A stretch of DNA of 64,000 bases from Thermoplasmata archaeon (GTDB lineage: Archaea; Thermoplasmatota; Thermoplasmata; Lutacidiplasmatales; UBA184): assembly GCA_050011355.1 (NCBI GenBank), contig JBEKJG010000004.1, positions 2,508 to 66,507 on the forward strand, given 5' to 3'. The translations under genes were made by a program, and so were the position numbers. Every line of letters begins with the position of its first letter. The first letter of the stretch is position 1. Of the stretch, positions 1-9,712 are shown in pieces. Under the pieces are notes generated by a model. The model was given only the letters and a program-made list of their open reading frames with translations, had not been told where the DNA came from and did not search any database.

Positions 1-1230
1 GCCGATCTCCTTGGGGAGGCCAGCTACTCCTCCTGGATCGCCGACCTCGACTCGGGGGACGTGGTCGGGGCCGAAGGGGTGCCCGCCCTGTCCCGCCGGG
101 GTGAGCCCTCGCTGGTCGTCCGAGAGCTCCACCTCCTCGCGAAGGCGATCGCCCCCCCGCCCGAGAAGTTCCACGGGCTCCAGGATGTGGAGGAGCGGCT
201 GCGGCGACGGTACCTCGACCTCCTCTCTTCGGCCGACTCCCGGCAACGCTTCCGGATCCGCTCCCTCCTCACGCGGGAGACGCGCTCGTTCTTCGAGGAG
301 GCCGGCTTCCTCGAGGTCGAGACGTCGGTCCTCGTGCCGCTCGCGGGAGGAGCGGCGGCCGAACCCTTCGTCACCCGGTCGAACTACCTCGCCCAGGACG
401 TCCAGCTCCGCATCGCCCTGGAGCTGCCATTGAAGCGCCTCATCGTGGGAGGTCTCGAACGGGTCTTCGAGCTCGCGAAGTGCTTCCGCAACGAGGACCT
501 CGACACCACCCACTCGCCCGAGTTCACGATGCTCGAGGCCTACTGGGCGTACGCCGACTACCAGGACATGCAGGTCCTGACCGAGCGACTCTACCAGCGC
601 CTGGCCGCCCGCGCCGCGTCGCTCCTCCCCGACGTCCCCGAGGCGCAGGAGGCCGCCCGGGAGTTTGCCGCGGGGATCTCGAAGGTCGACTTCGTGGACG
701 AGCTCGAGCGACTGAGCGGGATCGCAGGGCTGGCCGAGAAGAGCGCGGACCAGCTGCGCGACCTTGCGCGGGCCGCCGGCTCGACCGTTCCCGCCGACTC
801 CCCGCCCGGGGTGTTCCTGGACAAGCTGTTCGAGCACTACGTCGAACCGACCCTGACGCGGCCGACGTTCGTGATGGACCACCCCGTCTCCACCACGCCG
901 CTCGCGAAGCGCCACCGCCGGCTCGCGGGCCGGGTCGAACGGTTCGAGTTCTTCTTCCGGGGGTTCGAGCTCGGGAACGCGTATTCCGAGCTCACGGACC
1001 CGGACGAGCAGGAACGCCGGTTCCAGGAGCAGCTCGAGGCCCGGGCGGAGTACCGGTATGCCTACGATGCGGACTTCATCCGCGCGCTCCGGCACGGGAT
1101 GCCCCCGACCACCGGGATCGGCATCGGGATCGATCGGATGGTGATGGCCCTCACGGGGACCCCGTCCATCAAGGACGTGATCCTCTTCCCCCTCGTCCGT
1201 TCGACGGAGCCTCCGAACCCACGGGGTTAA
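1..1230 (+). CDS. lysS: lysyl-tRNA synthetase, class II (N-terminus lies upstream of window)
   Basis: Frame is open from nt 1 (…FHGLQDVEERLRRRYLDLL…). Class-II motif-3-like GIGIDRMVMALTG near the C-terminus. ORF-track M at 61 is internal. Confidence 0.85.
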   Translation, partial: ADLLGEASYSSWIADLDSGDVVGAEGVPALSRRGEPSLVVRELHLLAKAIAPPPEKFHGLQDVEERLRRRYLDLLSSADSRQRFRIRSLLTRETRSFFEEAGFLEVETSVLVPLAGGAAAEPFVTRSNYLAQDVQLRIALELPLKRLIVGGLERVFELAKCFRNEDLDTTHSPEFTMLEAYWAYADYQDMQVLTERLYQRLAARAASLLPDVPEAQEAAREFAAGISKVDFVDELERLSGIAGLAEKSADQLRDLARAAGSTVPADSPPGVFLDKLFEHYVEPTLTRPTFVMDHPVSTTPLAKRHRRLAGRVERFEFFFRGFELGNAYSELTDPDEQERRFQEQLEARAEYRYAYDADFIRALRHGMPPTTGIGIGIDRMVMALTGTPSIKDVILFPLVRSTEPPNPRG

Positions 1231-1255
1231 GCCTCCGCTCGCCCGGGGGTGCGCG

Positions 1256-2056
1256 ATGGAGCCCGCGCCCGCGAGCGGAACCGGGATGCCGCTCCGGGTC
1301 GACGACCTCTCGGTCGTGTACGGGGAGCGGCGGGCCGTCGAACGCCTCAGCCTCGAGGTCCGGCCCGGCGAGATCTACGGGCTGCTCGGGTCGAACGGGG
1401 CGGGGAAGTCGAGCACGATCAAGTCGATCGTCGGGCTCGTCCGTCCCGCCGGTGGGTCGATCCGGGTCTTCGACCACGACGTGCAGGCCGAAGCCCTCGC
1501 CGCGAAGGCCCTCATCGGGTACGTCCCCGAGACGTCGATGCTGTACGAGGCGCTGACCCCGCACGAGTTCCTCGAGTTCGTCGCGGGGGTCCGTCGACTC
1601 GACCCGGAAACGGCGGCTCGCCGGACGCGCGACCTCGTCACCGCCTTCCGCCTGGTCGACGAGTTCGAGGAGCCCATCGCGTCCCTCTCGAACGGCACCC
1701 GCCAGAAGGTCCTCGTGGTCGCAGCGCTCCTCCACCAGCCGCCGCTGCTCGTCCTGGACGAGCCGCTGAACCACCTCGACCCGCGCTCGCTCCGCCTCAT
1801 GAAGGACCTCCTGACCCAGTACGTGAAGAACGGCACGCGCGGCGTTCTGTTCTCGACCCACGCCATGGAGATCGCGGAGCAGCTCTGTCACCGCGTCGGC
1901 ATCCTGGACCACGGTGTCCTGCGGGGCGAGGGCTCGCTCGCCGCCCTACGGGAGCGGGGCGCCACGGGTGACGCGTCGCTCGAGGAGATATTCCTCCACC
2001 TCACCCAGGAGGATGAAGGGGTCCGGGCCGCCCTTGCCTCCTTGGAGCGCACCTAG
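1256..2056 (+). CDS. ABC transporter ATP-binding protein
   Basis: Walker A GSNGAGKSS; ABC signature LSNGTRQK; Walker B LLVLDEP; ATG at 1256. Confidence 0.85.
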   Translation: MEPAPASGTGMPLRVDDLSVVYGERRAVERLSLEVRPGEIYGLLGSNGAGKSSTIKSIVGLVRPAGGSIRVFDHDVQAEALAAKALIGYVPETSMLYEALTPHEFLEFVAGVRRLDPETAARRTRDLVTAFRLVDEFEEPIASLSNGTRQKVLVVAALLHQPPLLVLDEPLNHLDPRSLRLMKDLLTQYVKNGTRGVLFSTHAMEIAEQLCHRVGILDHGVLRGEGSLAALRERGATGDASLEEIFLHLTQEDEGVRAALASLERT

Positions 2057-2057
2057 G

Positions 2058-3725
2058 ATGGCCTGGCGGGTGGCCCTCCGGCTCAGCCGGGTCGCGTTCA
2101 TCGAGCTCTCCTTCCAGGCCATCTACGCGTTCCGGCAGGGCAATGTCCTCCCGCCGGGCGACGCCTCCAAGTTGAGCTCGCGCGCGCGCAGCCGGGTCCT
2201 GCAGAGTAAGGCCCTGGTCGCCGGACTGCTCGGATTCCTGACGGTCGGCGCGGCGCTCATCCTGCACGATGCGAGCTTCGTCGCGGCCCGGCTCCTGCCC
2301 AACCCGATCCCGGTGCCGGTCTTCCAGGCGGGCGTCCTCACGGCGCTCCTCAGCCTCGACGTGGCCTTCCTCTGGTGGACCGGCCTCCAGGTCCTCCCGA
2401 CGTTCCTGTCGGCGGGAGTGCTGCCGGTGCTCGAGCCGTTGCCGATCGACGGGCTCACGCTCCGCCAGACGGCCGTCATCCTGTACTTCCGGCTGTTCGA
2501 CGTTCCGGTCCTCACGCTCCTCGTGCTCACCCCGCTCGTGGTGGGACTCGCGCTCACCCCGCTCGCGGGGCTCGCGATCCTCCCCGGGGTCGCGACCGCG
2601 GTGGTGTTCGCGCTCGCCCTCGCGCTCGTCACCGGACGGTTCTTCGTGCGTCGGGTCCAGGGGTCGAGGGGGGGCGGGGGCCGGTCGCTGCTCCGGTGGA
2701 CCTACCTCGTCCTCTGGGTCGTGCCCGCCTTCGGGCTGTTCGGTTTCGTCACGCTCGCCCCCGCCTTCTTCGGGGCGCTGACCGCGCTGGCCGCCGCCGG
2801 GCCGTCCGCGGGGTTCGACGCCCTCTGGGCGACCTTCCCGTTCTCACTGGCCTCCCTTCCGGCACTGCTCTCCGACGGCACCACCGCGCTGCCCGTCGGG
2901 ACGGTCGGACTCTACGTGTTGCTCGGTGCCTGCGCCGGCTACCTCCTCCTCGGGGCGTTCGCCGCCCTCTGGATGGGCCGCGCGATCCGTGAGGTCGGGA
3001 TCACGCCCCCCGGGGTCCCGGTCGCTGTGGACTCGGCCCCTCCCACGCTGCGGACGACCGGGCCGGTGTACGCGGTCCTGGTCAAGGACCTGCGGATGGC
3101 GAGCCGAACGCCCGGGTATGCCTTCCTCATTCTCCTGCCGATCCTGGATGCCGTCGCCCTCGGCCTTCTCACGTACGTGTCGGGCCCGAGACCCGGCACG
3201 GGGACCTCGCTCGCCCTCGGGGCGGTCACGACCGCGGCACTCCTCGCAACCTTCTTCGGACCGGCGTTCTTCGCCATCGAGGTGGTCGCCTACTCCTACG
3301 GGCGGACGCTTCCGCTCCCCGACCGAACCCTCGTCCTCGGGAAGGTCTCCCTGATCGCGGCCATCTACCTCGTCGCCGCCGGCCTCGTGCTGGCGATCGC
3401 CCTCCTCCGGGTCGACCAGCCGGTCGTCTTCGTCGGATACGTTGCCGCGGAGTTCCCGGCCGTCATCGCGGCAGCCCTGCTGGAGCTCGGCGTCCTCCTC
3501 CGACGCGCCCGGAAGCGCGGCCTGCCCCTCGTGAACCTCTATACGGGGGCCTGGGTGGCGGTGCTCGTGTCGATCCCGGGCCTCCTCGTGGCGTCCGCCC
3601 CGCTGGTCACCTTCGAGGCGTTCCACGCGTACCCCCACTCGGTGGCGATCGGCGCGATGGCCCTCGTCGCGCTGGGGAGCCTCGCGCTCATCGCTCCGTT
3701 CGTGCTGCGGCGGAGGGACTCGTGA
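2058..3725 (+). CDS. polytopic membrane protein, putative permease partner of the upstream ABC ATPase
   Basis: ATG 2058 lies 2 nt after the ATPase stop. Hydrophobic throughout, more than 10 predicted TM segments. No family assignment beyond context. Confidence 0.5.
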   Translation: MAWRVALRLSRVAFIELSFQAIYAFRQGNVLPPGDASKLSSRARSRVLQSKALVAGLLGFLTVGAALILHDASFVAARLLPNPIPVPVFQAGVLTALLSLDVAFLWWTGLQVLPTFLSAGVLPVLEPLPIDGLTLRQTAVILYFRLFDVPVLTLLVLTPLVVGLALTPLAGLAILPGVATAVVFALALALVTGRFFVRRVQGSRGGGGRSLLRWTYLVLWVVPAFGLFGFVTLAPAFFGALTALAAAGPSAGFDALWATFPFSLASLPALLSDGTTALPVGTVGLYVLLGACAGYLLLGAFAALWMGRAIREVGITPPGVPVAVDSAPPTLRTTGPVYAVLVKDLRMASRTPGYAFLILLPILDAVALGLLTYVSGPRPGTGTSLALGAVTTAALLATFFGPAFFAIEVVAYSYGRTLPLPDRTLVLGKVSLIAAIYLVAAGLVLAIALLRVDQPVVFVGYVAAEFPAVIAAALLELGVLLRRARKRGLPLVNLYTGAWVAVLVSIPGLLVASAPLVTFEAFHAYPHSVAIGAMALVALGSLALIAPFVLRRRDS

Positions 3726-6400
3726 GCGACCCGGCGCTGCCCCCTCGGTTCGACCCCCGCGAGATCGAGGCGCGCTGGCAGGAGGCCTGGGCGCGCGCGG
3801 AGACCTTCCGCGCACCGGACCGGCCCGGCCCGTCGCCGTTCTCGCTCATCCTTCCCCCGCCGAACGTCACGGGCGTGCTCACGCTCGGCCACATGCTGGG
3901 CGACACGGTCATGGACCTCCTCGTGCGATACCATCGAATGTCGGGACGATCCACGCTCTGGGTCCCCGGGCTCGACCATGCGGGACTTGCGACCCAGGTG
4001 GCCGTGCGGCGAGCCCTGGCCAAGGAGGGCGTCCGGCTGGAGCACCTCCCCCGGGAAGAGGCGGTCGCCCAGGTCGAGAAGTGGCGGGCGACCCGGGAGG
4101 CGCGGATCCGGGAGCAGACCCTCGCGGCCGGGTTCTCGGTCGACTGGACCCGGTACCGATACACGATGGACCCGGGCGCCGTACGCGCGACCCGCGAGGT
4201 GTTCGTCCGGCTCTACCACGAGGACCTCATCTACCGTGCGGAGCGGATGGTCAACTGGGACCCCCGGCTCCAGACGGCGATCTCGGACCTCGAGGTCGTC
4301 CACACCGAGGAGACCGGCTCGCTCGTCTACCTCCAGTATCCCTGGGCGGATGGCTCCCCCGGCGGTCTCGAGGTCGCCACCGTGCGCCCCGAGACGATCT
4401 TCGGTGACGTGGCCGTCGCCGTCCACCCGGACGATCCCCGTCAGACCGCGGCCCTCGGCCGCGAGGTGCTCGTCCCGATCACCCGCCGGCCGATCCCGGT
4501 GATCGCCGACCCGGCGATCGACCCGACGTTCGGCTCGGGCGCCCTCAAGGTCACCCCCCGCCACGACCTCGTCGACTACGAGGTGTTCCAGCGACATCCG
4601 GGGCTGCCGATGCCCCCGGACATCATCGACGCGGGAGGGCGGCTGGCGAGCGATTGGGTCCCGGAGGGGATCCGGGGCCTCGACCGGGATGCCGGCCGGA
4701 AGGAGACGCTGGACCGGCTTCGCGCGGAAGGGTATCTCCTGCGCGAGGTGCCGTACCGCCATGCCGTGGCGCGCTCCGAGCGGTCGGACGCCGTGGTCGA
4801 GCCTCGGCTCTCCATCCAGTGGTTCGTGCGGATCCGGCCGCTGGCCGAACCGGCGGTCCGGTCGGTCCAGGAGGGGCGGGTGCGGATCCACCCCGAGCGA
4901 TGGACCCTCACGTTCTACCGGTGGATGGAGACGATCCAGGACTGGTGCATCTCGCGTCAGGTGTTCTGGGGGCACCCGATCCCCGTCTACCACTGCACGC
5001 CGTGCGGGCACGACACCGTGACCGTCGTGGTCCCGGAGACGTGCGAGGCGTGCGGCTCCTCGGAGCTCGTCTCCGACCCCGACGTGCTCGACACCTGGTT
5101 CACCTCATGGTTGTGGCCGTTCGCGGCGCTCGGTTGGCCCGAGGAGACGTCCGACCTGGCCCACTACTACCCCACGAGCCTCCTCGTCACCGGCCGGGAC
5201 ATCATGTTCTTCTGGGTCGCCCGGATGATGATGGCCGGCGAACACTTCACCGGCCGCGCCCCGTTCTCGGACGTGTACTTCACCGGCATGCTCCGCGACG
5301 AGACCGGCCGGAAGCTCTCGAAAAGCCTCGGGAACTCCCCCGACCCGCTCGACACGATGCGCGAGCGGGGGGCGGACGCGATGCGCTTCGCCCTGCTCTT
5401 CCCGAACCCCACCGAGGAGGACGGCCCGTTCGGGGGCCACACGCTCGAGGGTGGGGCGCACTTCCTGACCAAGGTCTGGAACCTCGTCCGCTTCACGCTG
5501 ATGCACCTCCCCCCCGGCACGCCGGCGCCCGCCGCCCCACCGGCACTCGCGCCGTCCGCGCCGCTCGAGCACCGGTGGATCCTCTCCCGGTGGCGCCGCA
5601 CCGCGGAGGAGGTCGACCGCGCCCTGGCCGCGTTCGAGCCCGGCCGCGCCTCGACGGCGGTCTACACCTTCCTCTGGCACGATCTGGCCGACCGGTACGT
5701 CGAGATCGTCAAGGAAAGCCTGCAGGGCCACCGCGGCGAGCCGGCCGCGCGCGACGCGCGCGACACCCTGCTCTACGTGGTGGAACGGACGGTGCGACTC
5801 CTCCACCCCTTCGCCCCCCACATCACCGAGGAGCTCTGGCACGCGCTTCCCCACGACGGCGAGCTCCTCGCGTCGGCCCGCTGGCCCGTGTCGGGCGAAG
5901 CGCCCGCCGACCCGGCCGCCGAGCTCGAGATGGAGACCGTCCTGGAGGCGGTCCGCCTCCTGCGCAACCTTCGGGCCGAGGAGCACGTCCCGCTCGATAC
6001 CGTCCCGCCCGCCTGGGTCCGTCCCGGCGGACCGGAGGTCGCCGAGCTGCTCCGCCGGGAGGTCGGAACCCTCGAGCGGCTCGCGCGCGTGCATCCGGTC
6101 GCCTTCCTCGACGCCGGGGCTCCGCCCCCTCCGCAGGCGGCCAGCCGCGTCGCCGCCCTGGGAGAGTGCTACATCGAACGTCCCGCGGCCGGTGCCGAAG
6201 CCTCGGAGGCGCTCCAGAAGGAGCGGACCAAGATCGCGGCGTTGCTCGAGAAGACCCGCGCCCGGCTGGCGGACGAGGGATTCCGGGCCCGGGCCCCTCC
6301 CGAGGTGGTCCGGGAGGCGGAGGAGAAGGCCCGGGAGCTGGCCGAACGGATCGCCCGCATCGACGAACACTTGAAGGCGGAGGCTTCGTCCCCGCCATGA
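3722..6400 (+). CDS. valS: valyl-tRNA synthetase
   Basis: PPPNVTGVLTLGHMLG (HIGH region), PGLDHAGLATQ, KLSKSLGN (KMSKS). GTG start overlaps the upstream stop (GTGA). Confidence 0.9.
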   Translation: MSDPALPPRFDPREIEARWQEAWARAETFRAPDRPGPSPFSLILPPPNVTGVLTLGHMLGDTVMDLLVRYHRMSGRSTLWVPGLDHAGLATQVAVRRALAKEGVRLEHLPREEAVAQVEKWRATREARIREQTLAAGFSVDWTRYRYTMDPGAVRATREVFVRLYHEDLIYRAERMVNWDPRLQTAISDLEVVHTEETGSLVYLQYPWADGSPGGLEVATVRPETIFGDVAVAVHPDDPRQTAALGREVLVPITRRPIPVIADPAIDPTFGSGALKVTPRHDLVDYEVFQRHPGLPMPPDIIDAGGRLASDWVPEGIRGLDRDAGRKETLDRLRAEGYLLREVPYRHAVARSERSDAVVEPRLSIQWFVRIRPLAEPAVRSVQEGRVRIHPERWTLTFYRWMETIQDWCISRQVFWGHPIPVYHCTPCGHDTVTVVVPETCEACGSSELVSDPDVLDTWFTSWLWPFAALGWPEETSDLAHYYPTSLLVTGRDIMFFWVARMMMAGEHFTGRAPFSDVYFTGMLRDETGRKLSKSLGNSPDPLDTMRERGADAMRFALLFPNPTEEDGPFGGHTLEGGAHFLTKVWNLVRFTLMHLPPGTPAPAAPPALAPSAPLEHRWILSRWRRTAEEVDRALAAFEPGRASTAVYTFLWHDLADRYVEIVKESLQGHRGEPAARDARDTLLYVVERTVRLLHPFAPHITEELWHALPHDGELLASARWPVSGEAPADPAAELEMETVLEAVRLLRNLRAEEHVPLDTVPPAWVRPGGPEVAELLRREVGTLERLARVHPVAFLDAGAPPPPQAASRVAALGECYIERPAAGAEASEALQKERTKIAALLEKTRARLADEGFRARAPPEVVREAEEKARELAERIARIDEHLKAEASSPP

Positions 6401-7398
6401 CCGCCCGGACCACGAAGACCCCGGCCCGACGCCCCCGCAAGCCCACGCCCGGTACGCCGGGTCCGAAGGCCCCCTTCATCGGTTCGATCCCCCTCGCCGC
6501 CGGGCGGAAAGAGCACCCCGCGCTCGGGATCGGACTCTGGGCGGTCGGCCGATGGACGCCCACGGACGAGGCGAAGACCAAGGCGACGATCGGGCGGGCC
6601 TACGAGAAGGGGTTCCGCTGGTTCGACACGGCCGAGGTCTACGGGAACGGGCGGTCGGAGCGGATCCTCGGCGACGTCCTCCTCCGGGCCGCCGGCGGCG
6701 CCCCCGACGCGTTCGTGACGACCAAGGTCTCGTGGGAGCACCTCCGTCCGGCGCAGGTCCGCGCGAGCCTCATCAACAGCCTGGAGCGCCTCGGTCGCCC
6801 CACCGTCGACCTCTACCTCATTCACGCTCCGGACCCGAAGGTCCCGCTCGCCCAGACGCTGCCCGCCCTCGAGGCCCTCTGGAAGGAGGGCCGGGTCGGC
6901 GCCGTCGGCGTCTCGAACTTCGGTGTGGAGGAGCTCGAGGAGGCGGCGCGCCACCTCTCCGCGACCCCGATCGTCGTCAACCAGGTCCGCTACAACCTGT
7001 TCGACCGGGACGAGGCGGAGCCCGTGCGGGAGTACTGCCGCGCCCACCGGATCCTCATCGAGGCGTACTCCCCGCTCGCCCGCGGCCTCCTCCACGGCCG
7101 CTACCTGGACCGCGAGAAGCCGACCGCCGAGTTCAAGCGGTTCATCCAGCGGCAGTCGGAGACCGACCTCCTGCCGGAGGTGCTTCGGCGCGCCCGCGCC
7201 CTCCGGGACCTCGCCCAGGAGGCAAACGTCCCGCTGGGGTCCATCGCACTGCACTGGCTCGCGCGGAACGGGGCCGCCCCCATCGTGGGCGCGAGCCGTC
7301 CGGAACAGGTCGACGGCAACCTCGCCGCGTGGGCCGTCCGACCGGACGACGCGGTCCTCGACCGAGCGGATGCGATCGCCCGGGGCGACCGTGCTTAA
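6397..7398 (+). CDS. aldo/keto reductase family oxidoreductase
   Basis: ATG 6397 overlaps the valS stop (ATGA). Aldo/keto-reductase-like segments: GLWAVG, DTAEVYGNG, LYLIHAPD. Confidence 0.8.
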   Translation: MTARTTKTPARRPRKPTPGTPGPKAPFIGSIPLAAGRKEHPALGIGLWAVGRWTPTDEAKTKATIGRAYEKGFRWFDTAEVYGNGRSERILGDVLLRAAGGAPDAFVTTKVSWEHLRPAQVRASLINSLERLGRPTVDLYLIHAPDPKVPLAQTLPALEALWKEGRVGAVGVSNFGVEELEEAARHLSATPIVVNQVRYNLFDRDEAEPVREYCRAHRILIEAYSPLARGLLHGRYLDREKPTAEFKRFIQRQSETDLLPEVLRRARALRDLAQEANVPLGSIALHWLARNGAAPIVGASRPEQVDGNLAAWAVRPDDAVLDRADAIARGDRA

Positions 7399-8044
7399 AC
7401 TGGTCGCCATCGACATGGACGGGACGCTCGTCGACGTGGCGAGCTCGTGGGCCGCGATCCACCACCACTTCCGGGACCACAACGCGGACGGCCTGCGGGA
7501 CTTCCTCGCGGGGAAGATCGACGATCACGAGTTCATCCGCTCGGACGTCCGGATATGGCACCGGCACCTCCCCGACCTCCGCATCGAGGACCTGGAGGCG
7601 ATCCTCGACCGGGTGCCCCTCATGCCCGGCGCGGCGGCGCTCATCTCGGGACTGAAGGCCCGGGGCGTCCAGACCGCGATCATCAGCGGCGGGATCGACC
7701 TCCTCGCCCACCGGATCGCCCGGGAGCTCGGGATCGACCTCGCGCTCGCGAACGGGTTCCGTGTCACGGAGGACGGGCACCTCACGGGCGAGGGGATCGT
7801 CCGCGTCCCGATCTACGGGAAGGAGGGCGTGCTCGCCGGGCTCCAGCACCACCTCGGGGTACGCGTCGAGGAGACGGCCTCGATCGGCAACTCCGAGATC
7901 GACGTGGGGATGTTCCGTCGGAGCCGCGTGGGGGTCGCCTTCCTTCCCGAGGACGACACGGTCCGTCGGGGGGCCACGCACATCGTGACCGAGAAGGACC
8001 TCGGACGGGTCCTGGAGACGCTCCGCGATTTCCCGGACACGTAG
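7391..8044 (+). CDS. HAD-superfamily subfamily IB hydrolase, phosphoserine phosphatase (SerB)-like
   Basis: GTG 7391 (VLKLVAIDMDGTL) carries the DxDGT motif at the N-terminus; C-terminal GNSEIDVGM. Overlaps the AKR stop. Confidence 0.6.
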   Translation: MLKLVAIDMDGTLVDVASSWAAIHHHFRDHNADGLRDFLAGKIDDHEFIRSDVRIWHRHLPDLRIEDLEAILDRVPLMPGAAALISGLKARGVQTAIISGGIDLLAHRIARELGIDLALANGFRVTEDGHLTGEGIVRVPIYGKEGVLAGLQHHLGVRVEETASIGNSEIDVGMFRRSRVGVAFLPEDDTVRRGATHIVTEKDLGRVLETLRDFPDT

Positions 8045-8096
8045 CCGGACCCCGGGAACCCTTATCCCCCGCATTTCGGTTGCTCTACCGTTCTCG

Positions 8097-8714
8097 ATGG
8101 AAGCGTACCAGGCCCTCCTTGAACGCGCGCACACGAAGCTCCCGCCCGTCCGCACCGGCGGCGAGCGGTTCCAGGTGCCCGAGCCCGACGTGATGAGCGA
8201 CGGCAAGAACACGGTCATCCGGAACTTCCAGGAGATCACGACCGTCCTCCGCCGCGAGCCGGCGCACGTCATCGGCTACCTCGCCCGCGAGCTCGGCTGC
8301 CCCGGTGTGCTCGACGGGCCCCGCGGCGTCCTGAAGTCGCGCGTCAACAAGGACCAGATCGCCCAGCGGATCCGCGAGTACACCGCGAAGTACGTGATCT
8401 GCTCCGAGTGCAAGCGACCGGACACCCACCTCTCCAAGGACGGCCGGCTCACGATGCTCATCTGCGAGGCGTGCGGCGCCCAGCGGCCCGTCACGATGCG
8501 CCGGGTCGTCGCTCCCGAGAAGCCGCGCGCACCGGTCGAGGTCGGCGAGGTCTACCGCCTCCTGATCGAGGACGTCGGCCGCCGCGGGGACGGGGTCGCC
8601 AAGAAGGAGGGGTTCGTCATCTTCGTCACGGGCGCCAACCAGCGCGGCACGACCGTGAACGCGAAAGTGACCAAGGTCCTCGGCAACAACGCCTACGCCG
8701 TCGTCCAACCGTAA
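8097..8714 (+). CDS. eif2b: translation initiation factor aIF2 beta subunit with C-terminal TRAM domain
   Basis: NTVIRNF…CSECKRPDT…CEACGA zinc ribbon typical of aIF2-beta. Extra ~60-aa tail VYRLLIEDVGRRGDGVAKKEGFVIFVTGANQRGTTVNAKV resembles a TRAM beta-barrel. Confidence 0.8.
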   Translation: MEAYQALLERAHTKLPPVRTGGERFQVPEPDVMSDGKNTVIRNFQEITTVLRREPAHVIGYLARELGCPGVLDGPRGVLKSRVNKDQIAQRIREYTAKYVICSECKRPDTHLSKDGRLTMLICEACGAQRPVTMRRVVAPEKPRAPVEVGEVYRLLIEDVGRRGDGVAKKEGFVIFVTGANQRGTTVNAKVTKVLGNNAYAVVQP

Positions 8715-8720
8715 CCGACG

Positions 8721-9689
8721 ATGCGCAGTGTCCGCTGGCTCGGCCTGCTCGCCCTCTACGTCGGGGCGCAGACGGTCGGGCTGATCCTCGCGGACCCGTT
8801 CCGTTCGGCCGGCCTCGCGTCGAACTCGAACCCGCAGAGCGTCACCGCGCCGCTCCTCATCATCGCGCTCATCGTCATCGCGCCCCTCGCGATCCTCTAC
8901 CTCGTCCGGAAGAAGGGCGGGCCCGCGGCGCTCCGCCACTTGATCCTCGTCGGGATCGCCGCCGCGCTCTACATCACCCTGTTCGCGACCTTCTCCGTGC
9001 TCCCCCTCGGGAGCTACCTTCCTCCGCCGTTCGCGGCCGAGCTGAACCTCGACTGGGCGCTCGTGCTCGCCGGGACCGTGAGCGCGGTCCTCTACCTCGC
9101 GCTCCTGATGGAGCCGCAGTGGTGGGTGGTCGACCTGGTCGGGTTCCTGGCCGCCGGGGCGCTCATCGCGATCCTCGGGATCTCGTTCGCGCTCCTCCCG
9201 GTGTTCATCCTGCTCCTGGCGCTCATGGTCTACGACGCGATCGCCGTCTACCGCACGAAGCACATGATCTCGCTCGCCGACGTGGTCGTGGACATGAAGC
9301 TCCCGATCCTGATGGTCATGCCCGACTCGGCGGGGTATGACTACACGGCCGCCCCGTCCTTGAAGGAGCAGCGAGGCCAGGCGGTCACCGAGCGGGCGGC
9401 CCTCTTCATGGGCCTCGGGGACGTCGTGATCCCCGGAGCGCTCGTGACCTCCGCCTTCGCCTGGCTCCCGACCCATCCGCTCGTGCTCGGGGTCGGGGCC
9501 AACCTGGTCTGCGCCGTCGCGGCGATGGTCGGTTCGCTGGTGGGATACGCGGTGCTGATGCGGCTCGTGCTCCGCGGGAACCCCCAGGCGGGCCTGCCGT
9601 TCCTGAACGGGGGGGCGCTGATCGGCTACGTCGTCGCCTACTTGCTGATCTTCCACTCCTACGGCCTCGGCTTCACGGGAGCGCTTTAA
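8721..9689 (+). CDS. presenilin/signal-peptide-peptidase family intramembrane aspartyl protease homologue
   Basis: About 9 TM segments with YD (MVYDAIAVY) and GLGD (FMGLGDVV) catalytic motifs in adjacent TM helices. Confidence 0.7.
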   Translation: MRSVRWLGLLALYVGAQTVGLILADPFRSAGLASNSNPQSVTAPLLIIALIVIAPLAILYLVRKKGGPAALRHLILVGIAAALYITLFATFSVLPLGSYLPPPFAAELNLDWALVLAGTVSAVLYLALLMEPQWWVVDLVGFLAAGALIAILGISFALLPVFILLLALMVYDAIAVYRTKHMISLADVVVDMKLPILMVMPDSAGYDYTAAPSLKEQRGQAVTERAALFMGLGDVVIPGALVTSAFAWLPTHPLVLGVGANLVCAVAAMVGSLVGYAVLMRLVLRGNPQAGLPFLNGGALIGYVVAYLLIFHSYGLGFTGAL

Positions 9690-9712
9690 CTCCCGCGCGA
9701 CTCCGGCCTTCC

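Noticed and set aside
11-8000. Many long ORFs in alternative frames and on the opposite strand (e.g. 480..1556, 1169..1912, 2844..3815, 3539..5011, 4654..7398 upstream part, 5105..6370, 6169..7482)
   Set aside because: Their translations are low-complexity R/P/G/A-rich, as expected for GC-rich shadow frames. Each is fully overlapped by a gene with clear family motifs.
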